In this document: positions 37,207-44,798 of the stretch, one piece after another
Layout: each line of letters starts with the position of its first letter
Numbering within the stretch: position 1 is the first letter of the stretch
Source of the DNA: Candidatus Gottesmanbacteria bacterium RIFCSPHIGHO2_02_FULL_39_14
GTDB taxonomy: Bacteria; Patescibacteriota; Microgenomatia; 2-02-FULL-39-11
Direction of reading: 5' to 3'
DNA: 45,829 bases
Assembly (NCBI GenBank): GCA_001779205.1
Contig: MFJM01000062.1
Span: forward strand, 1 to 45,829
The notes under the pieces: generated by a model
The model's input: the letters and a program-made list of their open reading frames with translations, nothing else
What the model was told of the DNA's origin: nothing
Databases searched by the model: none
Position numbers and translations under genes: made by a program

Positions 37207-37235
37207 TTGCAAGAAGGGTGTTTCTGTGTTAATAT
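37207..37235 (+). promoter_or_regulatory. Sigma70-like promoter (extended -10) for nusA-infB
   Basis: TTGCAA (37207..37212), a 17-nt spacer ending TGT, then TAATAT (37230..37235). Confidence 0.55.
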
Positions 37236-37263
37236 TTAAGCTAAGTAATAGAGAAATACAGAT

Positions 37264-37293
37264 GGTGGGAATAACCCACCAATTTTTATATTT
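37264..37293 (+). promoter_or_regulatory. Terminator-like hairpin in the nusA 5' leader
   Basis: GGTGGG-AATAA-CCCACC (37264..37280) followed by AATTTTTATATTT. It ends 8 nt before the nusA ATG (37302). Confidence 0.5.
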
Positions 37294-37301
37294 AGTTTAT
37301 T

Positions 37302-38378
37302 ATGCCAGCAACAGTCAGAAGCGAATTTGCATTAGCCTTAAATCAGGTGGCTACTGAACGGGGAATTGATCCGAATGTGGTTTTAGAGACAATTAAGGCG
37401 GCAATTTTAGCAGCTTTTCGAAAGGATTTTAGCGGACAAGAAATTGAGGATCTGGAAATAACAATCGATCCAAATAGCGGAGAAGCAAGAGTATATAAAG
37501 ATAAAAAAGATATTACCCCAGCCGGATTTGGCCGGATAGCAGCACAAACAGCCAAACAGGTAATATTACAACGCATAAGAGAAGCAGAAAAAAAAGCGAT
37601 TATCGCTGATTATTCAACCAGAGTCGGAACAATCATCAACGGTATGGTTTTAAGATTTGACGGTCCAAACATTATATTTGATATCGGCCGGGCTGAAGGA
37701 GTAATGCCGCCTCAAGAACAAATCCCCATTGAAAAATATAGGTTAAACCAAAGACTAACGGTTTATATTGAATCCATCAGACAAACTATGCGGGGAAATG
37801 AAATTATAGTTTCGAGAGCTCATTCTAATTTAGTAGCTGCTTTATTCAAACGGGAAGTTCCAGAGGTTAATAATAATGCGGTTGAGATTAAGGAAATAGC
37901 CAGAGAACCCGGAAACAGAACTAAAATTGCCGTTTATTCAACACAATCAGGAGTTGATCCCGTGGGGAGTTGTGTCGGACAAAAGGGAGTAAGAGTACAA
38001 GCAGTGATCAATGAATTAGGCGGAATAGAAAAAATTGACATAATACAATGGCATGAAGATCTTAAAATTTTTATTCCGGCAGCTTTATCCCCGGCAAAAG
38101 AAATAGAGATTGTAATTAATGAGAAGAAAAAAACTGCCATAGCCTATGTGAGCGACGATCAATTGTCATTGGCAATCGGAAAAGACGGACAAAATGTCAG
38201 ACTGGCTGCCAAATTGACAGGTTATAAAATCGATATTAAATCAAAAGCTGGAATACTTCAAGAAAAAAAGGTACCACTCTTGGAAAAAACCTCAACCGTA
38301 TCAAAGAATAAACTCCAGAAAAAAGCAGATAAAAAAACACAAAAGAAAGCAGTAAAAAAAACAAAAGCAGAAAAGTAA
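37302..38378 (+). CDS. nusA: Transcription termination/antitermination factor NusA (Lys-rich tail)
   Basis: N-terminal domain 'LALNQVATERGIDPNVVLETIKAAILAAFRK'. S1-like 'GTIINGMVLRFDG'. KH 'DPVGSCVGQKGVRVQAVINELGGIEKIDIIQW' and 'SLAIGKDGQNVRLAAKLTGYKIDIK'. Confidence 0.95.
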   Translation: MPATVRSEFALALNQVATERGIDPNVVLETIKAAILAAFRKDFSGQEIEDLEITIDPNSGEARVYKDKKDITPAGFGRIAAQTAKQVILQRIREAEKKAIIADYSTRVGTIINGMVLRFDGPNIIFDIGRAEGVMPPQEQIPIEKYRLNQRLTVYIESIRQTMRGNEIIVSRAHSNLVAALFKREVPEVNNNAVEIKEIAREPGNRTKIAVYSTQSGVDPVGSCVGQKGVRVQAVINELGGIEKIDIIQWHEDLKIFIPAALSPAKEIEIVINEKKKTAIAYVSDDQLSLAIGKDGQNVRLAAKLTGYKIDIKSKAGILQEKKVPLLEKTSTVSKNKLQKKADKKTQKKAVKKTKAEK

Positions 38379-38407
38379 AGTGAATAGAGAAGAAGGTTAT
38401 TTTTTCT

Positions 38408-39904
38408 ATGACCAAAAAGACTGCGCAAAACCAAATAGAGGCACCTGTTCGACCACCAATAGTAGCTGTTCTAGGACACGTTGATCACGGAAAAACTTCA
38501 ATTTTAGACTATATCAGAAAAACTAAGATAGCTGACAAAGAAGAGGGTGGTATTACCCAACATATTGGATCTTATCAAATAGATGTTCCTGAAACGGTAA
38601 AAAAGAAATATCCTAACGCTCCCGATAAAATATCTTTTATTGATACTCCGGGACATGAAGCATTCGGAGCAATGCGCAGCCGGGGGGTAGAAGCTTGTGA
38701 TATCGCTATCCTGGTGGTGGCAGCGAATGACGGAGTCAAACCACAAACAATAGAATCTATTAACTATATCCATGATGCCAAAATTATCTCTCTTGTCTGT
38801 ATTAATAAAATCGATTTACCAAATATCAATTTGGAGTCTGTCAAAAAGCAGCTTAATAAAGCAGGGATTAAGCTTGAAGAATACGGAGGTGACATTCCGC
38901 TGGTCAAAGTATCGGCAAAAACAGGTGAAGGAATAGATAAACTTATAGAGACGATAATATTTTTAGCTGATTTTTATCAAATTAAATCAGATAAAATCAG
39001 TCCGTTTCAGGGAGTTGTCATTGAGTCAACTCTTTCTAAATTCAAAGGGATTACCGCCACTATATTTGTCAAACAAGGAAATTTAAAACTTGCTGATGAA
39101 GTTATATCCGAAAATCAGATTTTTAAAATTAGAGCGTTATATGACTGGCAAGGCAAATCTCTGTCAGGGGTCAATCCCGGAGATCCGGTAGAAATTTTAG
39201 GATGGAAAAATATACCTGCTGTGGGAAGTTTAATATATAAAAAAGACGAAAGCGAAATAATTAACAAACCACATCAGGATATTGAACCTATTAAACAAAA
39301 ACCTCTTATGGTGGAAAACCAGCCTGATCAGAGTGATATAAAAAAAATCAAAATTATTATTAAAGCAGATACAGTAGGTACGTTAGAGGCTGTAGTTAAC
39401 GGATTAAATATAGATGTAGATATAATCCAAAAAGGTGTTGGGCTGATAAGTGAATCGGATATTCTTCTTGCTAAAACAGCTAAAGCTATAGTAATTGGTT
39501 TTAATCAAAAACCCTTGCCTCAAGTTAGCAAACTGGCGCAATCAGAAAAAGTTCTGATTAAAATTTATAATATTATTTATCAACTTTTTGATGAAATTAG
39601 AGATGTCAGTGAAGCAATTAATAAGGGTGATTTAGTGACTATTTTAGGTGAAGCAAAAGTATTAAATTTATATAATTTTAAAAATGAAACTATCTTAGGA
39701 GCTAAAGTTGTTAGTGGTAGGATTGCCCGCGGAGATCAGGTTAAAATTAAACGTAATAATGAAGAAATCGGTAAAAACAGAATAAAATCCTTAAAGCATT
39801 TTAAAGACGAAATCACTAAGGCTGAGGCGGGCGCGGAAATAGGAATCGGGCTAGCTCAAAAAACCGAAATCTTGACAGGTGATAGTATAATATCTATAGG
39901 ATAA
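38408..39904 (+). CDS. infB: Translation initiation factor IF-2, minimal form (starts at the G domain)
   Basis: '[20 protein letters not shown]', 'DTPGHEAF', 'INKIDL', 'VSAKTGEGI'. Only 498 aa, with 15 residues preceding the G domain. Confidence 0.93.
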   Translation: MTKKTAQNQIEAPVRPPIVAVLGHVDHGKTSILDYIRKTKIADKEEGGITQHIGSYQIDVPETVKKKYPNAPDKISFIDTPGHEAFGAMRSRGVEACDIAILVVAANDGVKPQTIESINYIHDAKIISLVCINKIDLPNINLESVKKQLNKAGIKLEEYGGDIPLVKVSAKTGEGIDKLIETIIFLADFYQIKSDKISPFQGVVIESTLSKFKGITATIFVKQGNLKLADEVISENQIFKIRALYDWQGKSLSGVNPGDPVEILGWKNIPAVGSLIYKKDESEIINKPHQDIEPIKQKPLMVENQPDQSDIKKIKIIIKADTVGTLEAVVNGLNIDVDIIQKGVGLISESDILLAKTAKAIVIGFNQKPLPQVSKLAQSEKVLIKIYNIIYQLFDEIRDVSEAINKGDLVTILGEAKVLNLYNFKNETILGAKVVSGRIARGDQVKIKRNNEEIGKNRIKSLKHFKDEITKAEAGAEIGIGLAQKTEILTGDSIISIG

Positions 39905-39907
39905 AAT

Positions 39908-39932
39908 AACCCCTATAAAGCGGGGTTTTTTT
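39908..39932 (+). terminator. Rho-independent terminator after infB
   Basis: AACCCC-TATAAAGC-GGGGTT followed by TTTTT, starting 4 nt after the infB stop. Confidence 0.65.
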
Positions 39933-39946
39933 AAAAGTCTCTTCGT

Positions 39947-41035
39947 ATGACAAATCTAAATCCGGAACAAGTCAATCAAGCAAGGAACTACCTGGAGAAT
40001 TCCAGAAATATCCTAGTGGCAATTGCCTCCAATCCGACTATCGATACTGTAGCAGCAGCATTATCACTTTATTTGTCATTATCGGTTTCCGGAAAACAGG
40101 TATCTATTATCAGTCCTATGGAGATGATTGTTGAATATAACAGGCTTATTGGGATTGATAAAATTACCAACAGTCTAAATGTGAATAGCGGCCGCAACTT
40201 AATTATTTCCTTTCCTTATCAGGAAGGTTCCATAGAAAAAGTCAGCTATAATATCGAAAATAATACATTTAATTTAGTAATTGAACCTCGGGAAGGATTT
40301 CCGACCATTACCTCTGATGTGATGCGTTACAGTTTCAGCGGGGGCAATATTGATGCAATTGTAACTGTCGGTTGCCGTAATCCCAATGAATTAGGTTATC
40401 TTTATTCCAATAATCAAAATTTATTTAATGAAAAAGAGGTTATCAATATAGATTATGATAATAATAATTCGTCATTCGGAAAGGTGAACTTAATTGACAC
40501 AACAGTATCTTGCCTGTCAGAACTTATTTTAGGATTAATGGAACAAATGAATTTACCTATTGAGCCTGATATGGCAACCAATTTATTAACAGGGATTACG
40601 GCAGAAACAAACAATTTTTCGTCCCCGACTACCACCGCCGGCACATTTGAAACAGCGGCTATATTATTAAAATACGGAGCCAGAAAAGTTCAAAATGAGG
40701 CAAAAAATATGGGGAAGGATCAAATCAGTAAGACCGGGATGGCAACAACATTTGATAAGACTGGACGAATGCCATTCGGAAGACAACCCGGTCAAACTCC
40801 GGCTCCATCAACTACTGGTTTTTCCCAACAGGCAGCTTTTCCATCCCAAGCCGGATATAAAAGTAAAAGCTTACCAGGTCAACAGCAACCTTCTCAATCA
40901 CCTCCCCCCCCACAACAATTCGGTAAACCTCACCAACAGCAACAACATCCATCAATCAGAGAAGCGGGTAAACCACCGGAAACTCCACCCGACTGGTTAA
41001 AACCGAAAATTTACAAAGGTTCAACTCTTCTATAA
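39947..41035 (+). CDS. NrnA-like DHH-domain protein with degenerate catalytic motifs and a Q/P-rich C-terminal tail
   Basis: Collinear with the NrnA-type DHH fold, but the key motifs are replaced. 'ILVAIASNPTIDTVAAALSL' stands for HxHxxPDxDAxGS. 'VTVGCRNPN' stands for the xxCDTA motif. 'INIDYDNNN' stands for IDHH. 'GITAETNNF' stands for GIxGDTGxF. There is no DHHA1/GGGH region; the tail is 'PGQQQPSQSPPPPQQFGKPHQQQQHP'. Confidence 0.65.
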   Translation: MTNLNPEQVNQARNYLENSRNILVAIASNPTIDTVAAALSLYLSLSVSGKQVSIISPMEMIVEYNRLIGIDKITNSLNVNSGRNLIISFPYQEGSIEKVSYNIENNTFNLVIEPREGFPTITSDVMRYSFSGGNIDAIVTVGCRNPNELGYLYSNNQNLFNEKEVINIDYDNNNSSFGKVNLIDTTVSCLSELILGLMEQMNLPIEPDMATNLLTGITAETNNFSSPTTTAGTFETAAILLKYGARKVQNEAKNMGKDQISKTGMATTFDKTGRMPFGRQPGQTPAPSTTGFSQQAAFPSQAGYKSKSLPGQQQPSQSPPPPQQFGKPHQQQQHPSIREAGKPPETPPDWLKPKIYKGSTLL

Positions 41036-41085
41036 CATCAGAGTAAACTCTACTGTAATCAAAATTATTACTTATATAATTCCTA

Positions 41086-41114
41086 TTGAGATTTTATACA
41101 CAGTAAGTTATAAT
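41086..41114 (+). promoter_or_regulatory. Sigma70-like promoter for rpsO-pnp
   Basis: TTGAGA (41086..41091), 17-nt spacer, TATAAT (41109..41114). Confidence 0.55.
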
Positions 41115-41144
41115 AAGCTACAAATTAAAAGATTAGCCGATTAT

Positions 41145-41167
41145 TCCGCCATCATACTGTGGGCGGA
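41145..41167 (+). promoter_or_regulatory. Hairpin in the rpsO 5' leader
   Basis: TCCGCC-(11 nt)-GGCGGA followed by TTGAATTTTATTT and then the rpsO ATG (41181). Confidence 0.4.
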
Positions 41168-41180
41168 TTGAATTTTATTT

Positions 41181-41450
41181 ATGGCACTAAATTCAAATAA
41201 TAAGAAGAAGATAATCAATGAATATGCCACTAATAAAGGTGATACCGGCAGTCCTGAAGTTCAAATAGCCCTCCTCTCTCATAAAATTGATAAACTAGTT
41301 AACCATCTTAAGGTCAATCCGAAAGATAATCACTCTAGAAAAGGTTTACTAGGAATGATTTCCAAAAGAAGGAGATTAATTACCTACCTATCAGGAAAAG
41401 ATGAGTCAAGATACAAAAATATCATCAAAAAGTTAAATTTACCAAAATAA
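41181..41450 (+). CDS. rpsO: 30S ribosomal protein S15
   Basis: 'GDTGSPEVQIALLSHKIDKLVNHLKVNPKDNHSRKGLLGMISKRRRLITYL'. Confidence 0.95.
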   Translation: MALNSNNKKKIINEYATNKGDTGSPEVQIALLSHKIDKLVNHLKVNPKDNHSRKGLLGMISKRRRLITYLSGKDESRYKNIIKKLNLPK

Positions 41451-41490
41451 TGAATTCTTCGGAAATACCCGAAATAATTTAAATTAATTA

Positions 41491-43650
41491 ATGAAGATTA
41501 TCAGTAAATCGATTGAAATAGGCGGAAGAACATTAACTCTTGAAGTTGGGAGATTTGCTCAACAGGCAACTTCAGCTGTACTGGCACGTTATGGAGATAC
41601 AATGGTTATCGCCACAGTCGTAGCAAGTAGTAAAGAATCAAAACTTGATTATTTTCCACTATCGGTTGAATATGTAGAACGGCTTTATGCAGGTGGCAGA
41701 ATTAAAGGCAGCCGCTGGGTAAAAAGAGAAGGCCGCCCCAGCGATGATGCAATACTTAGCGCCAGGTTAATTGACCGTTCAATTCGACCATTATTTGATC
41801 AAAATTACCACCATGATGTTCAGGTAATCATCACAGTTTTATCGGTGGACGGAGAAAATGAACCAGATATTTTGGGGATTGTCGCCACCAGTGCAGCACT
41901 ATCTATCTCCCCTATTCCCTGGTATGGACCGATAGGATCAGTCAGAGTAGGCTTCGTTCCCGCCGGAAACGGAGAATCAGGTCTATTTATAAATCCGGGA
42001 TTAAAAGAAGCTGAATTTTCTGAATTGGATATGGTAGTTTCAGCAACCGAGAAAAAAGTAGTGATGCTAGAGGCCGGAGCCAACCAAATAAATGAAGATA
42101 TTATTCTTTCAGGTATTTCTAAAGGAAGAGAAGGAATTAACAAAATTTTACAGTTAATTAATGAACTGGTAAAAGAAGTCGGAAAGAAGAAGATTCAAGT
42201 TGTTGAAGATGAAACTATTTTGGAATTAAAGAAAATATTAGCCCGAGATTTCAAAAAAGAAATCGGAAATCTAATTATTGCTAAAGTAAATAAAGAAGAA
42301 GGAGATGAACTGGCAGTACTTTCAGAAAGTATAGCTTCCCAATATACAGACAAGTATGACAAACGCGATATTGAAAAAGTAATTGATTATTTGTTTAAAC
42401 AACAAATAAGACGTGACATTTTGGAAAAAGGCAAGCGTGCAGATGGACGAAAACCTGACGAAATAAGGGAAATTGAATGTGAAGCCGGACTTTTACCAAG
42501 AACTCACGGATCGGCAATGTTTAGACGGGGACAAACTCAAGTATTAACAGTGACGACCCTGGGATCGCCTTCTTTGGAACAACTGATTGAAAGTCCGGAA
42601 GGAGAAACAGCCAAAAGATATATGCACCACTACAGCATGCCACCTTATAGTGTCGGTGAAACCGGCAGGATAGGGTTTCCTTCCCGACGCGAAATCGGTC
42701 ATGGAGCACTTGCTGAAAGATCATTATTGCCTGTTATTCCGCCACAGAATTCATTTCCATATACCATTAGACTAGTTTCCGAAGTGATGTCTTCTAACGG
42801 TTCTACTTCGATGGCATCAGTTTGCGGATCTACTTTGGGATTAATGGATGCAGGAGTGCCTATCAAAAATCCAGTATCAGGAATTGCCATGGGAATGATT
42901 TCGGAAAAAGACAAGGAAGTGATTTTATCTGATATTATGGGAATTGAAGATTTTTGCGGTGATATGGATTTTAAAGTAGCCGGAACGGTTGACGGAATCA
43001 CAGCCATACAAATGGATGTGAAAAATGAGGGATTAACAGACTCGCTTATTAAAAAAATAATAGATCAGGCTCGTGAAGGTAGGACGTTTATCCTGAAAAA
43101 AATGCTGTCGGTTATGCCCAAATACAGAGATACCTTATCCAGATTTGCCCCAAGAATATCGGTCATAAACATCCCCAAAGAAAAAATCGGTGAAATCATC
43201 GGTCCGGGAGGAAAAATCATCAGGCAAATCATTGCCGATACAGGTTGTGATATCAATGTGAATGATGACGGACAAGTGACCATTTCGGGAACGGAACCGG
43301 AAAAAGTGGAAATGGCCAACAAGTGGATTTCAGGAATTATCAAAGAGGTAACCCCCGGGGAAGTCTATGAAGGACTGGTAAAGAGAATTTTATCATTCGG
43401 GGCATTTGTGGAAATATTACCCGGTCGGGAAGGAATGGTTCATGTTTCGCAAATGACTACCGGATATGTGGCTAACCCGTCAGACGTAGTTACCATCGGC
43501 CAGAAAGTTACCGTCAGGGTCGCCGAAATTGATGACCAGGGCAGAATAAACTTATCAATGCTATTTGGTGAAGATGCCAACAAAAAAACAGTTTCAAGAC
43601 AGCCTTCAAGACCCAGACGTGGAGATTTCCCAAACAGGAGAAGATTTTAA
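41491..43650 (+). CDS. pnp: Polyribonucleotide nucleotidyltransferase (PNPase)
   Basis: Two RNase PH domains ('RADGRKPDEIREI', 'HGSAMFRRGQTQVL', 'SSNGSTSMASVCGSTLGLMDAGVPI', 'GDMDFKVAGT'). KH 'IGEIIGPGGKIIRQI'. S1 'GEVYEGLVKRILSFGAFVEILPGREGMVHVSQM'. Confidence 0.96.
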   Translation: MKIISKSIEIGGRTLTLEVGRFAQQATSAVLARYGDTMVIATVVASSKESKLDYFPLSVEYVERLYAGGRIKGSRWVKREGRPSDDAILSARLIDRSIRPLFDQNYHHDVQVIITVLSVDGENEPDILGIVATSAALSISPIPWYGPIGSVRVGFVPAGNGESGLFINPGLKEAEFSELDMVVSATEKKVVMLEAGANQINEDIILSGISKGREGINKILQLINELVKEVGKKKIQVVEDETILELKKILARDFKKEIGNLIIAKVNKEEGDELAVLSESIASQYTDKYDKRDIEKVIDYLFKQQIRRDILEKGKRADGRKPDEIREIECEAGLLPRTHGSAMFRRGQTQVLTVTTLGSPSLEQLIESPEGETAKRYMHHYSMPPYSVGETGRIGFPSRREIGHGALAERSLLPVIPPQNSFPYTIRLVSEVMSSNGSTSMASVCGSTLGLMDAGVPIKNPVSGIAMGMISEKDKEVILSDIMGIEDFCGDMDFKVAGTVDGITAIQMDVKNEGLTDSLIKKIIDQAREGRTFILKKMLSVMPKYRDTLSRFAPRISVINIPKEKIGEIIGPGGKIIRQIIADTGCDINVNDDGQVTISGTEPEKVEMANKWISGIIKEVTPGEVYEGLVKRILSFGAFVEILPGREGMVHVSQMTTGYVANPSDVVTIGQKVTVRVAEIDDQGRINLSMLFGEDANKKTVSRQPSRPRRGDFPNRRRF

Positions 43651-43675
43651 GATAGGAATAAGGTATTTCAATTAC

Positions 43676-43683
43676 TGTATAAT
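43676..43683 (+). promoter_or_regulatory. Extended -10 element (TGTATAAT) placed for a leaderless Lon-like transcript
   Basis: TG (43676..43677) plus TATAAT (43678..43683). Only 6 nt separate the -10 from the ATG at 43690. No good -35 and no SD. Confidence 0.4.
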
Positions 43684-43689
43684 TTACTT

Positions 43690-44778
43690 ATGGTAACTGC
43701 CTCTGATGTATCTTCGGGTGAATTTGCGGAATTAGCCCAACTGCAACAAAAGATCACTAATTCCTCAATTCCAGCCGATCTTCGGATAAAAGCACAAACG
43801 ATGATCGACCGGGCAGCCCTTTCATTCAAATATCACAGCCAATTTATGCAGTTTGACGTGGTGGCCAGTTATATTGACTGGATAACCTCCTTACCCTGGG
43901 AGTCACGAAGTACTGATATTCTGGATATAGAACAGGCTAAACAAGTTTTGGATAAAAATCATTACGGTTTATCTGAACTTAAAGACAGAATTCTGGAATA
44001 TCTGTCGGTAATGAAAATGAATCTTGATCAGGCAAAACTTGATCCAATCAGCAAAAACCATAATTTTGCCAGGGCACCGATTTTATTCTTCGTAGGGTTA
44101 GTCGGAACGGGTAAAACTACCATGGCTATTTCAATTGCTGAGGCTATGGGCAGAAAATTAATGAGAATACCTTTCGGCGGGATGGGGTCGGCACTGGACT
44201 TGAGAGGTGAATCACGGGTACATCCTGATGCCGAAGTCGGTCAGATAATGAAATCATTGAGACGAGCCGGAACAAAAAATCCGGTGATACTCTTAGATGA
44301 ACTGGACAGAGTGGCGGAACATGCCAGGGCTGATATTATGGGGGTTCTAATTGAACTTCTGGATCCGGAACAGAACGTGGCCTTTGTGGATCATTATATT
44401 GACTATCCGTTTGATTTAGCGGAAGTGCTTTTTATTGCCACAGCCAATAATACCAATAACATCTCTACAGCGGTGATGGACAGATTAGAACCGATTCAAA
44501 TGCCCAGTTACAGCGATGATGAAAAAATCATTATCGGCAAATCTTATGTTTATCCCAAAGTTCTAGCGGCTTCAGGACTCACATCTGACCAGTTAACTAT
44601 TGTTGATGGCGTTTGGCCGACAATTGTCCGTCCGCTCGGATTTGACTCAGGTATCAGAACTCTGGAAAGAACCATTGACGGGGTCTGCCGGAAAGTAGCC
44701 AGACAAATAATAGAAAAGAAAATCAATAAAATAATATTAAGTGAGGATAACGTTAAACAATTCCTGCCGACCTGGTAA
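43690..44778 (+). CDS. Stand-alone LonA-type AAA+ ATPase module (no N-terminal LON domain, no protease domain)
   Basis: Collinear with the central part of Lon. 'YIDWITSLPWESRS', 'LDKNHYGLSELKDRILEYL', Walker A 'GLVGTGKT', Walker B 'ILLDELDR', 'LLDPEQNVAFVDHY', 'FIATANN', 'MDRLE', 'GIRTLER'. The ORF stops at 362 aa and rnj starts 20 nt later. Confidence 0.8.
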   Translation: MVTASDVSSGEFAELAQLQQKITNSSIPADLRIKAQTMIDRAALSFKYHSQFMQFDVVASYIDWITSLPWESRSTDILDIEQAKQVLDKNHYGLSELKDRILEYLSVMKMNLDQAKLDPISKNHNFARAPILFFVGLVGTGKTTMAISIAEAMGRKLMRIPFGGMGSALDLRGESRVHPDAEVGQIMKSLRRAGTKNPVILLDELDRVAEHARADIMGVLIELLDPEQNVAFVDHYIDYPFDLAEVLFIATANNTNNISTAVMDRLEPIQMPSYSDDEKIIIGKSYVYPKVLAASGLTSDQLTIVDGVWPTIVRPLGFDSGIRTLERTIDGVCRKVARQIIEKKINKIILSEDNVKQFLPTW

Positions 44779-44798
44779 AAAAAATCGATAATTTTTTC

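Noticed and set aside
40695-41000. 101-aa alternative-frame ORF within the Q/P-rich tail region
   Set aside because: It is on the same strand as, and fully inside, the DHH-like gene. The repetitive CAA/CAG/CCN sequence keeps several frames open. There is no start context.
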